Shown here one piece after another: positions 17,899-29,626 of a stretch of DNA of 64,000 bases; position 1 is the first letter of the stretch; every line of letters begins with the position of its first letter. The translations under genes and the position numbers were made by a program. The notes beneath the pieces were generated by a model, which worked only from the letters and a program-made list of their open reading frames with translations, made no database searches and had not been told where the DNA came from. Source of the DNA: an uncultured Gammaproteobacteria bacterium (lineage in GTDB: Bacteria; Pseudomonadota; Gammaproteobacteria; CAWCPV01). Where the stretch lies: positions 448,001 to 512,000 of the forward strand of contig CAWCPV010000004.1 of NCBI GenBank assembly GCA_963797555.1. The letters are read 5' to 3'.

Positions 17899-18771
17899 TT
17901 CGTTCTGGCCCTGGTCCCTTTCCCTCTATTAAATCCAACGCTGGACCGCTTCCGCGCTGTCGTCAGGCCGGGAGTTGAAGCAGATCCTGGCTTGCGGCGC
18001 GTGTTCGTGGACGATGTTGATCAGCTTCTCGAAGAGCAGGAAGTTCTTGGGGATTGATCTCACCCCGGCCCCGATCAGAACACAGTCGTAGCGATTCTGG
18101 TTCAACCGATCCGTAACGGTGGCTGCCGCGGATACGGGATCGGGATCAGTGAGGCATAGCTCCGCCTCGAATCCGAGCGCGTTGAGCTTGGCTACATCCT
18201 GATCCAATCCCTCCTGCAACTTTTTCGCACCCAGATGGGCGATGTAAGCGTTGCCCGGGTCGGAAAAGTCGATTTTGGTGGGATCCATTCCCACGATGAC
18301 AACCTTCTTCGTCATAAGCACTCTCCTTTGGTGGTCTGAGACCGCGACATCGCAAGCGGTCTCCGCTCGCCTACCATTATGAGTAGACCGTGTCCTGGCC
18401 GCCGGACCCTCCGGTTCGCTTCGGACCGAGTGATGCGGCGGGACGAACACGCGCTCGCCTGACACCGGAGTACTGAGGAGGCCGGGCACAGCAGGGCATC
18501 CCTTCCGGAGATAGGTGGACATCGTCCGTCTATCCCCGCACGCGTCCGCGGCGAGTTCGTTCCGCTCAAGACGCGGCTCCCCCGCAGCCTGATGTCCTCG
18601 ACCGCGCCTGATCCTCTGCGATGGCCTCCCATGTGCCTCCCGGTGGTCTGGTCCGCCACCTTTTTGCCGCCTCCCTCTGGGCGGACCGGCTTGCCTGTGC
18701 GACCCTCGGAGGGAACGCCTTGCACTCCAGCGAGAGTCTGACGAGCGCGAGACGGGCTGTCAAGCCGGGCG
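17027..18771. repeat. Direct duplication of ~840 bp (17027-17865 vs 17936-18771)
   Basis: High nucleotide similarity over the gene plus ~450 bp of upstream DNA, with scattered substitutions. Confidence 0.92.
17929..18315 (-). CDS. Conserved hypothetical protein, copy 2 (intact, 128 aa)
   Basis: AAGGAG RBS; ends ...SAEAVQRWI*. Confidence 0.8.
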   Translation of the reverse strand: MTKKVVIVGMDPTKIDFSDPGNAYIAHLGAKKLQEGLDQDVAKLNALGFEAELCLTDPDPVSAAATVTDRLNQNRYDCVLIGAGVRSIPKNFLLFEKLINIVHEHAPQARICFNSRPDDSAEAVQRWI

Positions 18772-19165
18772 CGCGGTTTGCGGGCCCGACCGGATGGCCC
18801 GGGCCCCCGGGGATCGGCGAGTGCACCGCGCCAGCAACGGCGCGCGGCGGCCGAGCAGGGCGCCGACGCGGGTCACGCCGGTAAAGCACATGGCGTCGTC
18901 GGCGCCCAGCCGTTGCGTAAGGGCCAGGCCGCTACTGCGGCGGGCCGGTCGGGTCCCTTGTGCGCCGCCGAGGACGCGCAGCCTCGCGGGGGGTCGTCGG
19001 CGAGCACTGTCTGAGCCCGGCGCCCCGCCGGGCGAGTTGCGCAGCCGCCCCGTGGGGCGAGCACCGCAGGGCACCCGCAGGGCGGCGCACAGGGTGGCCT
19101 TCTCTTTGGTGACTTTCTCTTGGCCAAACAAGAGAAAGTCACCAGCCGCCGGGCTGCCCCCGGGC
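18772..19165. repeat. GC-rich MITE-like intergenic element with a long hairpin
   Basis: GGTGACTTTCTCTTG-N6-CAAGAGAAAGTCACC at 19108-19143; resembles widespread proteobacterial intergenic repeats; no credible ORF. Confidence 0.65.
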
Positions 19166-19277
19166 ATGCCTGCGACCGCGCCGCAGGTCGAGCCTCGCCG
19201 AGTCCCCCTGCAAAGCCGGGGGGGGTTGCCACGCCGTGCGGACTCGGCCCGAGCCTTGGACGCTGTCTAGTGGACGC

Positions 19278-19306
19278 TTGACCACAGTGGCCGCCTTTGC
19301 TAGAGT
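19278..19306 (+). promoter_or_regulatory. Sigma70-type promoter TTGACC-N17-TAGAGT
   Basis: Optimal spacing, ~80 bp upstream of the SnoaL-like gene. Confidence 0.5.
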
Positions 19307-19386
19307 CGCTCGCGGAGAGTTGGGCGTTACACCGTTCTTAATCCGGGCAACCGACAACTTCAGTGATTGGAGGAAGGCAAGCCACC

Positions 19387-19770
19387 ATGAGAGAGGATCT
19401 TATCAAGCGCTGTGAGGAGCTTTTTCGATATCTTTCCGCAGGAGATTGGGAGCACGGACTTGCCCTTATTGCACCGGATCTACGCTACACCGTAGCCGAC
19501 GAGAAACCTATGATAGGACCCGAATCGGTCAAGGAGTATCTGACCGAGCTTTCCAAGGCCCTCAGGCCTCTCGAGCACAATGTCCGCAATGCCTGGCAGG
19601 TCGATGACAACACGGTAGTCATGGAAGGTGTGACAGTTTGGGGTCGTCCCGACGGCAGTCAATTCTCGACGCCCTTCTGCGACATTTATGGCTTCGAGAA
19701 TGGGCTTCTCAAGGACTGGCGCGTTTATGTCGTGGGGGGCGGAACTGTCAGCCGCCCGGAAGGGCACTGA
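19387..19770 (+). CDS. SnoaL-like / NTF2-family protein
   Basis: 127 aa with ...TVVMEG...PFCDIYGFENGLLKDWRVY; GGAGG RBS upstream. Confidence 0.75.
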   Translation: MREDLIKRCEELFRYLSAGDWEHGLALIAPDLRYTVADEKPMIGPESVKEYLTELSKALRPLEHNVRNAWQVDDNTVVMEGVTVWGRPDGSQFSTPFCDIYGFENGLLKDWRVYVVGGGTVSRPEGH

Positions 19771-20065
19771 TCGGTCATTTTTCCTTCCCGAGAATTGCCT
19801 TCTTGAAGGCCGCTCGACCGCTTCTTTCGTATCGAAGATCGTTCGGAAGGAGGTGGCGGCGGCTGAGCACTTGTGAAAATCCGTGGAGGGATTCATCCCG
19901 CCCAGATAGGATGATCCGGCCCCACCGGGGCCCGAGTGTCCTGCGCTGCATCCGGAATGTGGTCGGGGCGCAGCGCTGAGTCAGTCACCGGCTCCTCCAC
20001 GCACGAGCCGCTGCCGCTCCCTGTGTTTCGCAGCCCAGTTCCGAGCCTGCCATCGGCCAGCGCCG

Positions 20066-20443
20066 TCATCGAGCCAGCTCCCATCCCAGGTAGACGACCA
20101 AGAAAATCGCCATGGCCGCGACTGCCGTTCCCAGGGCGAGGTTGGGCAGGGTCGCTCGGTACTGCGCGATCTCCTCCGAGTCGATCCGCCGCTCGTGGGC
20201 GAGAAAGCGCCGGGTGGCCAGAGTCACCATGAGCACCGCGAACAGGAGCAGGCCGATGCCCGCGATCTCCGCTGCCGGCGAGGCATGGACGTGCGCCTCG
20301 CCGCCCTGCGCGTGGAAAAGATAGGCGAGGAAGAGGTCGAACCTCTCGATCAGGAACCCTAGCGCCATCAGGGCGATCGCGGTCCGGATCCAGGCGAGGT
20401 AGGTGCGCTCGTTGGCGGCGTGGTCGGTGAAATGCGGGATCAC
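20066..20443 (-). CDS. DUF202 (YidH-like) membrane protein
   Basis: ANERTYLAWIRTA motif, three TM helices. Confidence 0.88.
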   Translation of the reverse strand: MIPHFTDHAANERTYLAWIRTAIALMALGFLIERFDLFLAYLFHAQGGEAHVHASPAAEIAGIGLLLFAVLMVTLATRRFLAHERRIDSEEIAQYRATLPNLALGTAVAAMAIFLVVYLGWELAR

Positions 20444-20898
20444 GGCTTGCCCTTGCGGGCCTTGGGGATAGTGAGCACCGGCACGTGGGACAGGCGCACG
20501 GTGGTCTCGGTCACGCTGCCGATCATGAGACGGTCCAGTCCCCGTCGGCCGTGGGTGCCGATCACGATGAGGTCGGCAGGCCAGAGGGAGGCTGCCTGGT
20601 CGATGGCCTCGCCGATATGCCGCCCCGCGGTCTCCAGCAGGACCCCATCGGCCTCGACGCCCGCCTGCGGGGCCAGGGTGCGCGCGTCGTCGAGCAGGTT
20701 CTGGCCAGTCGTGTGGACCGACTCGCGGATCTTCTCGATACCGATCCAGCCATGGATGTCCCAGTCGCCCAGGGTTTCATCCACCACGTAAACGAAGCGC
20801 AGGCGGGCAGCTTGCTCTGCGGCGAGCGCAATGGCGTGGCGGCATGCAGCCTGTGCGGTATCGCTACCATCGATGGGAGCCAGTATGCGCGCGTACAT
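20440..20898 (-). CDS. Universal stress protein
   Basis: ILAPIDGS...DLIVIGTHGRRG...GSVTE. Confidence 0.92.
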   Translation of the reverse strand: MYARILAPIDGSDTAQAACRHAIALAAEQAARLRFVYVVDETLGDWDIHGWIGIEKIRESVHTTGQNLLDDARTLAPQAGVEADGVLLETAGRHIGEAIDQAASLWPADLIVIGTHGRRGLDRLMIGSVTETTVRLSHVPVLTIPKARKGKP

Positions 20899-21034
20899 CG
20901 GACCTCCTTCTGGTGCGACGTTGCCCGAGGCGCGGCGAGCGTGGACGGAGCCGCCTCCGCTTTAGCGGCGGAGGTCCTCACATCGGCGCACGCCGGCCCG
21001 AGAGTTCGCTCGGTTTCACGACGCCCGGTGCGCC

Positions 21035-21457
21035 TCAGCGCACCGTAAGTACGTCGCAGGTTGCCTGATGGATCACCCGATCCGCAGTCGACCCCAGCAG
21101 CCCGGCCAGACCGTGGTGCCCGCGGGCGCCTACGACAACGAGGTCGGGCCGGCGCTGTTCGATTGCCCGCAGCACCTCCACCTTCGGCCGCCCGCTGACC
21201 ACCACCGCCTCGGCGCCGACTCCTTCACCCTGAAGGAGCGCCACCAAGCGCTCGCGCGCCGCAGCGATCAGTTGCGTCTCGGTCTCGTCCACCGGGGGAA
21301 TCACGTAATCGAGGTCCGGCGGTATCACGTAGTCGACCACGTGCATGACGCTCAACCCAGCGTCCAGCGCTGCGGCGATCTGTGCGGCCCGCCGAACCAC
21401 GGCGCCGCTCCTGTCGCTCAGGTCCACTGCGGCAAGGATGTGCTTATAGACTGGCAC
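21035..21457 (-). CDS. Universal stress protein
   Basis: YKHILAAVDLS...DLVVVGARGHHG...LGSTA. Confidence 0.92.
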   Translation of the reverse strand: MPVYKHILAAVDLSDRSGAVVRRAAQIAAALDAGLSVMHVVDYVIPPDLDYVIPPVDETETQLIAAARERLVALLQGEGVGAEAVVVSGRPKVEVLRAIEQRRPDLVVVGARGHHGLAGLLGSTADRVIHQATCDVLTVR

Positions 21458-21955
21458 GGTACACTTCCCCTCTGGTGGGAGCTTGAAGAAGCTCATCCGC
21501 GAGCGTCTTCACCTCGACTCGCCGCGGTACGCGTCCGCGGCCCGCATACCTGCGGCGCCTGGCAGGCTTTCTTCGAGCAAACTGCTCGTGTGATGAAGGT
21601 TGCGGCCCAGTCGCCAAGTGCGTGGCGGCGAACCTTCCCCCGCGCGTGCGCAGCCCAAAAGCCGCGTCCGTCGGCCGGTGCCGACGGGTCCGGTGACCCC
21701 AATCTGCCAAGCCGCAGAGTCCACGGCTAGCATACTCCATCGTTACGCAAATACGCCGGGTCCAAGGGGTGACGGCCGCGGCGCTCTCGGCCAGCGACGG
21801 TATAATGGCCGGCGCGGTTCGCGTTGCCTGTGCGTGGACGTCCAATCCCTCCCAGATTACCGGCGCCAACCGTCGATGCGGGCGGCTGCTGGCAGCATGA
21901 CTGCGGGCAGGCGTTGGACATAGCCCCGAGACGATGGCCCATGGTACGTGGTCCA

Positions 21956-23470
21956 ATGATGTCACTGCTCGCGCGCGTGGGGTCGGCGGTCCAGGCACGC
22001 CGACTCGCCGTGCTGCCGGCGGCGGGCGCCCTGTGCCTGGCCGCCTGCGCTTCCTACGCGCCGCGGCCGCTCAGCACCGCACCGGATCTGGCAGAGGAGG
22101 TCCCGCATTTGAAGGTGGCCGCATCGCGCCTGCCGTTACCCGACCTCCGCGGGCACCCGTTCAATCCGGACGACGGGCTGGACATGGTGGAAGTCGCGAT
22201 CCTGGCCGTCGTGAACAATCCCGACCTGAAAGCGGCGCGCCGCGAGGCGGGGGTCGCCAGGGCCCAGGTCCTTGCGGCGCGCCTCCTGCCGGACCCCCAG
22301 CTTTCCCTGTCGCTGGACGACACCACCGACACCGGTCCCGGTCTCACCAACGCCTACAACGCAGGCATCAGCTACGATCTGCTGGCGCTGGTCACGCGAG
22401 GCGCGCGCATCGATGCCTCTTCCGCCGAACGCAACAAGGTGGACCTGGACATCCTGTGGAAAGAGTGGCAGGTGGTTCAAGAGGCGGAGACGCTCTTCGT
22501 CCAGGCCTACCACCAGCGAGAGAAGCTGGTGCTGCTGCGCGCCTTGCAGTCACTCTATGCCGATCGTTATGCGCGCTCGCGCAAAGCCCTCCGGCAGGGA
22601 AACCTGACCTTGGAGGTGACCGGAACGGATCTGACCGCTCTGCTGGATGCGACGACGCGCGTCGACGGGATGGAGCGCCAGCTCGCGGAGACCGACCACA
22701 AGCTCAATGCGCTGCTGGGGCTGGCACCGGACCTGACCCTTTCCCTGGTTCCGGGCGCCGAGCCGCCGCCGCCGGGGCGCGGGGAAGTGACCGCCGCCCT
22801 CGCGAGTCTGCCGCGGCGCAGACCGGACCTGCTCGCCTTACAGGCTGGTTACCGGAGTCAGGAGGCACGGGTGCGCCAGGCGGTTCTGGAGCAGTTCCCG
22901 GTATTGAACCTGGGCGTCACTGCGGCGCGTGATACGACCAACGTGCACACGATAGGCGTCGGCGTCACCCTGACCCTTCCGTTGCTGGATCGCAACCGCG
23001 GCCGCATCGCCGTGGAGCGGGCGACCCGTGCCCGCCTGCACCAAGAGTACCAGGCCAGGCTGGATCAGGCCCAGGGCGAGGTCCATCAGCTTTGGGTGCA
23101 GCACGAGCTGCTGGCTCGGCACTTGCGGGAGATCACCGCCGAGCTTCCGACGCTCAAAGAAATGGCCGTGCAGGCGCAACGCGCTTACGAGGCCCAGGAC
23201 ATCGGCGCCCTGGTCTACCTGAATCTGGAAAACACCTCGCTGAACATGCAGATCGAGGCGCTCGATTTGCGGCAGTCCTTGCTTGCTACGCGCATAGCGC
23301 TGCAGACGCTGCTGGGACAGGTGCTGTCGGGTCAGCCACCCCCACAGACCGGAACCCTCCCCCCGCCAGCGCCAGGGGAGGGCGAGGATGCGGCGATCTC
23401 CACACCTTCCCGGCATCGGCAGGTGGTTCCGCTCACCCCCGATGCCTTGCGGGCGGGTCGAGGCACGTGA
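21956..23470 (+). CDS. TolC-family outer membrane efflux lipoprotein
   Basis: Lipobox LAAC; NNPDL, LPDPQL and RRPDL OEP repeats. Confidence 0.88.
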   Translation: MMSLLARVGSAVQARRLAVLPAAGALCLAACASYAPRPLSTAPDLAEEVPHLKVAASRLPLPDLRGHPFNPDDGLDMVEVAILAVVNNPDLKAARREAGVARAQVLAARLLPDPQLSLSLDDTTDTGPGLTNAYNAGISYDLLALVTRGARIDASSAERNKVDLDILWKEWQVVQEAETLFVQAYHQREKLVLLRALQSLYADRYARSRKALRQGNLTLEVTGTDLTALLDATTRVDGMERQLAETDHKLNALLGLAPDLTLSLVPGAEPPPPGRGEVTAALASLPRRRPDLLALQAGYRSQEARVRQAVLEQFPVLNLGVTAARDTTNVHTIGVGVTLTLPLLDRNRGRIAVERATRARLHQEYQARLDQAQGEVHQLWVQHELLARHLREITAELPTLKEMAVQAQRAYEAQDIGALVYLNLENTSLNMQIEALDLRQSLLATRIALQTLLGQVLSGQPPPQTGTLPPPAPGEGEDAAISTPSRHRQVVPLTPDALRAGRGT

Positions 23471-24535
23471 GGCCACGGGCGCTGCTGCTGGTGACGTTCC
23501 TGGTGTGGCTCTGGACGCCGGACGTTGCGTGGCGGCCGGTTTGGGGCGACGAGCGCCCAGACGCCGGCACGGCTTCCAGCGTGCTCGTCGAGACCCAGGC
23601 GGTGCGCCGGCAGTCGCTGAGCGACACGTTGACCGGGTATGGGCGGCTGCAGCCCGACCCGGACAGCACCGTGAGCGTCAATCTGGCGCGCGAGGGGCTG
23701 GTCGCCCGGCTCTGGGTGCGCTTGGGTCAACTGGTGGCCCCGGGCGCGGCGCTGCTGGAGCTGGATACCGCACCCGGCGAGGCCATGAAGTACGAGCAGG
23801 CGCAGGCGGCGGTTCAATATGCCCGCGGCGAGGCGTCGCGGATGCAACGGCTTTTCTCCCAGCAGCTCGCCACCCGCGACCAGGTCGACAGCGCCAGACG
23901 CGCACTGCAAGACGCCGAGGCGGCCTTGGCCGCACAGCGGAAGCTCGGGGCCGGCCAGGCCCGGGAGGTGGTCCGCGCGCCCTTCGCCGGCATCGTCACC
24001 GACCTCGCGGTCAGGCAGGGCCAGCGCGTCCAGGCGGGCGCCGACGCGCTCATCCTGGCGCCCCAGGAGAACTTGTTGGTGACTCTGGGGGTGGAGCCGG
24101 AGGACGCGCGCCGAGCGGCGGTCGGGATGCCCGTGGTCCTGACGCCCGTCTTCGAAGACGACGTCGAAGATCGCCTCGCGGGTGGCCAACGTCCACGCCA
24201 TGGTCAACCCGAGCACCCGCCTCGTCGACATCCTGGTCAAGATCCCGCCGGCCGATACCCGCGGATTGGTCGTGGGAATGACCCTGAAGGGGGTCATCGA
24301 GGTGGCGACGCGCCGGGTGCTGGCCGTGTCCAGGGCAGCGGTCCTGCGGGACGAGCGAGGCAGCTACCTGTTCATCGTCCAGGGAGGCACGGCGCGCCGC
24401 ATCGCCGTCCGGCCCGGTCTGGAGCAGGGCGACCAGGTCGCCGTCGAGGGACCGCTGAAAGAGGGGGACCGGGTCGTGGTCCTGGGAAACTACGAGCTGC
24501 AGGACGGGATGCGGGTGCGCGAGGCCAGTCGATGA
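23467..24535 (+). CDS. RND efflux periplasmic adaptor (frameshift ~24170)
   Basis: Lipoyl half-motifs (VRLGQLV, VRAPFAGIV), coiled hairpin, C-terminal GPLKEGDRVV in a second frame. Confidence 0.85.
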
Positions 24536-27500
24536 CGGTCGCCCGCTGGGCTCGTCACCACCGCCGATCGATCCTCTTCATCGTGGCCGTCGCGGCGCTG
24601 GCCGGAGCGGCGGGCGCCTTCAGATTGCCGGTGGCCCTGTTCCCCGACGTGCAGTTCCCCCGCATCGTCGTGGAGCTGGACGCCGGTGACCGTCCCGCCG
24701 AGCAGATGGTATCGGAGATCACGCGGCCGGTGGAGCAGGCGGTGCGGGCGGTGCCCGGGGTGCGCGGCCTGCGTTCCACCACGTCGCGCGGCAGCGCCGA
24801 TCTGTCCATCAATCTCGCGTGGGGAAGCGACATGACGGCGGCCAAGCTGCAAGTGGAGTCGGCCGTCACCCAGACGCTTCCGCAATTGCCGCCGGGCACA
24901 CAGTTCACCGTGCGGCGCATGGACCCCACGGTCTTTCCGGTGGTCGCTTACAGCCTGACGTTCCGACCGGCACACGCTGACCGACTTGCGAAACCTGGCC
25001 GTCCAGCAGCTCGTACCCCTGCTTTCGGCGGTCGACGGCGTCGCGCGCGTCGGAGTCCTGGGGGGAGAGCAGGCGGAATATGGGGCGAGCGTCGATCCGG
25101 CACAGCTCCAGGCCTATGGCCTCACCATGGACGACGTTGTGCAGGCGCTGTCCGCCGCGAACGTGCTGCAGGCGGTCGGTCGGCTGGAGGACCAGTACAA
25201 GCTGTTTCTGGTCCTGTCGGACACGCGGTTCAACGGGCTGGATCAGATTCGCCACACCATTCTGCGCAGCGGCGACAACGGGCTGGTGGAGGTCGGCGAC
25301 ATTGCCGTGGTCACCGAAACCACGGTGCCCCAGTGGCTGCGGGTCACTGCCGGAGGCCGCGATGCCGTGCTGCTGCAGATCTATCAGCAGCCGGGAGGCA
25401 ATACGGTCCAGATCGTACGCGCCATCCAGTCCAGGCTGGAAGCCTTTCACCACAACCTGCCTACAGGCGTGAAGCTCGCCGACTGGTACGACCAGAGCCA
25501 GCTCATCACCGCGTCTGCGCGCAGCGTGCGTGACGCCATCTTGCTCGGCGCCGCTCTGGCCGCCCTGGTCCTGCTCGCATTCTTGCGCAGTGCGCGGAGC
25601 ACCTTGATCGCGTTCCTGGTGGTCCCGGCGATACTGGCGTCCACGGTGCTCCTGCTCTTCGTCCTCGACATGAGCTTCAATCTGATGACGCTCGGCGGCA
25701 TGGCGGCGGCAGTCGGTCTCATCATCGACGACGCCATCGTCATGATCGAGCACATCGTCCGCCGCCTGCGGGGCGGGTCGGGCGAGCGCCCGGAGCGCAT
25801 GCGGGTAGCGGTGCAGGAAATGTTGAGGCCGCTCGCCGGCTCCTCCGCCTCGACCGTCATCATCTTCGTACCGTTGGCTTTCCTGGGGGGAGTCACGGGG
25901 GCGTTCTTCAAGGCGCTCGCCACCACCATGGCGTGTGCCTTGCTTGTCTCCTTCCTGGTCGCCTGGCTTGCGGTGCCGCTGCTGGCCGATCACCTGCTGG
26001 GCGCAGGGGACGCCGACCGAGAGGAGGGCGGACCGCTGCGGCGCCGGCTGGACGGACTGCACCGTGCGCTCCTCGGCCGTGCCCTGGTCCACCCGGGGTG
26101 GCTCGTGGTCGGCGTGTCCATGCTCGTCGGCGGCGGCTACCTGGCTTACCGGCAGGTAGGCTCCGGCTTCATGCCGGCCATCGATGAAGGCGGCTTCGTC
26201 TTGGATTACTGGGCACCCCCGGGCACTTCGCTCACGGAAACCGATCGCCTGCTGCGGCAGGTGGAGGCCATCCTCGCCGCCACGCCCGAGGTGGAGACCT
26301 ATTCGCGGCGCACCGGGGCACAGCTCGGCGGCGGACTCACGGAAGCCAATCAGGGCGATTTCTTCATACGCCTCAAGCCCTTGCCCCGCAGGCCCATCGA
26401 CGGGGTGATGGAGGAGGTCCGCCGCCGGGTCGAGCGGGACGTACCCGGACTCACGGTGGAGACGGCGCAGCTCATGGAAGACCTGATCGGCGACCTCACC
26501 GCAGTGCCTCAGCCCATCGAGGTGAAGCTGTACGGCGATGACCCTCGGCAGCTTCTCTCACTCGCGCCGCGCGTCGCCGAGGCGATCGGCAAAGTCGACG
26601 GCGTGGTCGAGGTGCGCGACGGCATCGTCCTGGCGGGAGATGCCCTGGCCGTCCGCGTGGACCGCACCAAAGCGGCTCTGGAGGGGGTGGACCCGGCGGC
26701 CGTCACCCGGCAGCTCGACGCCTCCCTGAGCGGCGTCGTCACCACCCACGTGCAGCGCGGCATCAGGAGCATCGGCATCCGGGTTTGGATCCCGCAGGCG
26801 CTCAGGTCGACCGTCGAGCAGATTGGAGTGCTGCGGCTGCGCGCCGCCGACGGGCACACGTTTCCTTTGCGGCGCATCGCCTCCATAGACCGTCTCACCG
26901 GGCAGCCGCAGATCACGCGCGAGAACTTGAAACGCATGGTGGCGGTGACCGCCCGTATCAGCGGGCGCGACATGGGATCGGCGGTGCGTGCAGTGCAAGC
27001 CGTGCTGAGCCGCGACGGCCTCATCCCCCGCGGTGTCTACTACGAGCTCGGCGGCCTGTACCAGCAGCAGCAGATCGCCTTCCGGGGGCTGATGGCGGTG
27101 TTCCTGGCCGCCGTCGCACTGGTGTTCCTGCTGCTGTTGTTCCTCTACGAGCGTTTCCGCATCGCGCTCGCCATCCTGGGAATGCCGCTGCTGGCAGTCT
27201 GTGCGGTATTCATCGGCCTGTGGGCGACGGACACGGAGCTCAATATCAGCGCCATGATGGGCATGACTATGGTGGTCGGAATCGTGACCGAGGTCGCGAT
27301 CTTTTACTTTTCGGAATTCCAAGACTTGCGGGACGCCCACCCCGTCGCGGAGGCCCTCATCCTCGCCGGGATCAACCGCCGGAGGCCCATCGCGATGACC
27401 ACCCTGGCCGCCATCCTTGCGCTCCTTCCGCTCGCCCTCGCTCTCGGTCAGGGCGCCGCCATGCAGCAGCCCTTGGCCATCGCCATCATCTCGGGACTGG

Positions 27501-27586
27501 TGGTGCAGTTGCCGCTGGTCCTGCTGGTCATGCCGGTCGTGTACCACGAAGCCTCGAAGCCGCGCCGTAAGCGATCGTCCGGCTGA
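24532..27586 (+). CDS. RND efflux permease, CusA/CzcA-like (frameshift ~24960)
   Basis: LPVALFP, NLMTLGGMAAAVGLIIDDAIV, RPIAMTTLAA, QQPLAIAIISGL. Confidence 0.9.
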
Positions 27587-27786
27587 TCCGAACTCCGGCG
27601 CGTCGGGGTAGCCCGTCGACGGTGATGCCTCATCGGGCCGGTGTCGTCATGCACGACGGACGGACGAAAGCGTGCGGAAACCCGCTTCTCACCGCGTTGG
27701 TTCCAGGCCGCGCTGCCTTTGGGGCTTCGAGAAACGCTGGTCCGACCTCAGCGATGACAAAGACGACGGGGTTACGCACATCCCTC

Positions 27787-27880
27787 GTCATTCCGTACAG
27801 GAGTGTACGGAATCCAGGGGCAAGGATGCCGAGCCATGCCGTCCGTGGCCTCTGGATTCCAGCTTCCCAGCCGGAACGAC
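27787..27880. repeat. GTCATTCC...GGAATCC...GGATTCC...GGAACGAC palindromic element among other repeat remnants
   Basis: Nested inverted repeats in non-coding DNA between the RND operon and hsdM. Confidence 0.55.
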
Positions 27881-29458
27881 AGCCGAGACCAGGAGTTGTG
27901 TCTAATGGCATGGGTTAACGGTCTGGGTGCTACCATCAGGCCCGCGTACCTGTCCCGGCCTCGCGCGCCAATGAAAAGCGGGTTCGCGAAACCGTCATGG
28001 TCGGCCGGCATGAAAGGGGAAGGCCAACTTGCCCTCAAAGGCCGTGGATGCCGCAGGCGGGCTCGTCCTGACACCGGTTGTACCGCTGGAGCAAGGGGTT
28101 GCTACAGACCAGAGGCGGTTGAGAGGGTCCTGTGCGGAGCAGATCGGGAATTTCTTCTAGGCGCAACGCACCGCAGTGTCTACCATAATTCGGCCATTGG
28201 CTGCGGAGCTGCTGAGAAGCGGTATACGACCAAGAGCGCGTCTCTAAAAGAACCACGTCGCGAAGCTCTGTGTGGCGCCTCGGGGTGGCGTCTCGATCGG
28301 ACGATCGAGACGACCTGAGAGGGGCGCTGTCCAGGTCGGCCGATCGCGAGCAAAGGGGAAAGAATCTGTGTCCAGACAAGCGTCAGCCAGGAAGAGCAGC
28401 TCGGGCGCCACAGCGGCGAATCTCGGCTTCGAAGCCAAGCTATGGGCCGCCGCCGATGCCCTGCGCGGCAGCATGGACGCCGCGGAATACAAGCATGTCA
28501 CGCTTGGACTTATCTCCCTCAAGTACATCTCCGACGCCTTCGAGGAGCAGCACGCGAAGCTCGAAGCCGAGAAGGCCCAAGGCGCCGACCCGGAGGACCC
28601 CGACGAATACCGAGCCCTCGGGATCTTCTGGGTGCCCAGGGAGGCCCGCTGGTGGCATCTCAAGAACAACGCCAAGCAGCCGACCATCGGAAGACTGGTG
28701 GACGACGCCATGGAGGCGGTCGAGCGCGACAACCGCTCGCTCAAGGGGGTGTTGCCCAAGGATTACGCCCGTCCCGCGCTCGACAAGCAACGCTTGGGAC
28801 AGCTCATCGACCTCGTCAGCAACATCCGGGTCGGCGACGAACACAGCCGCTCCAAGGACATCCTGGGGCGGGTCTACCGAATACTTCCTGTCCCAGTTCG
28901 CGAGCGCCGAGGGCAAGAAGGGCGGCGAGTTCTACACCCCGCGCTGCATCGTCCGGGTGCTGGTCGAGATGCTGGAGCCCTACAAGGGGCGCGTCTACGA
29001 CCCCTGCTGCGGCTCCTCGGGGATGTTCGTGCAGTCGGTGGAGTTCATCCGCGCGCACGCGACCGGAAACGGCAACGGCGGCAAGGCGCCCAAGCGAACG
29101 AAGCCCGCATCCCGACCTCAAGGCCGACTACATCCTTGCCAACCCGCCCTTCAACGTGAGCGACTGGCGCGGGGAGATGCTGCGCGACGACAAGCGCTGG
29201 AAGTACGGGGTGCCTCCGGTGGGCAACGCCAACTTCGCCTGGGTGCAGCACATGATCCACCACCTGGCGCCCATGGGCCTCGCGGGCTTCGTGCTGGCTA
29301 ACGGCTCGATGTCTTCCAACCAGTCCGGCGAAGGCGAGATCCGCCGAAACATCATCGAAGCCGACCTCGTGGACTGCATGGTGGCGCTGCCGGGTCAGCT
29401 CTTCTACTCCACGCAGATTCCGGCCTGCCTGTGGTTCCTCGCCCGCAACCAATCGGGC

Positions 29459-29486
29459 GTAGGGGCGCGCGGCCGTGCGCCCCTAC
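29459..29486. repeat. GTAG-type REP palindrome in frame inside hsdM
   Basis: GTAGGGGCGCGCGG-CCGTGCGCCCCTAC, sister of the REP at 32266-32293. Confidence 0.85.
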
Positions 29487-29626
29487 GCGACCGCCGCGGC
29501 GAGGTGCTCTTCCTCGACGCCCGCAAGCTCGGGGCGATGGCCGACCGCACCCACCGCGAGTTGACCGACGAGGACATCGCCCGCATCGCCGCCACCTACC
29601 ACGCCTGGCGCGGCGAATCAACGACA

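Noticed and set aside
23467-27586. Programmed frameshifts in the MFP and RND genes (likewise fusA, GGDEF-EAL, kinase, Fpg)
   Set aside because: No slippery heptamers seen; isolated indels fit assembly error
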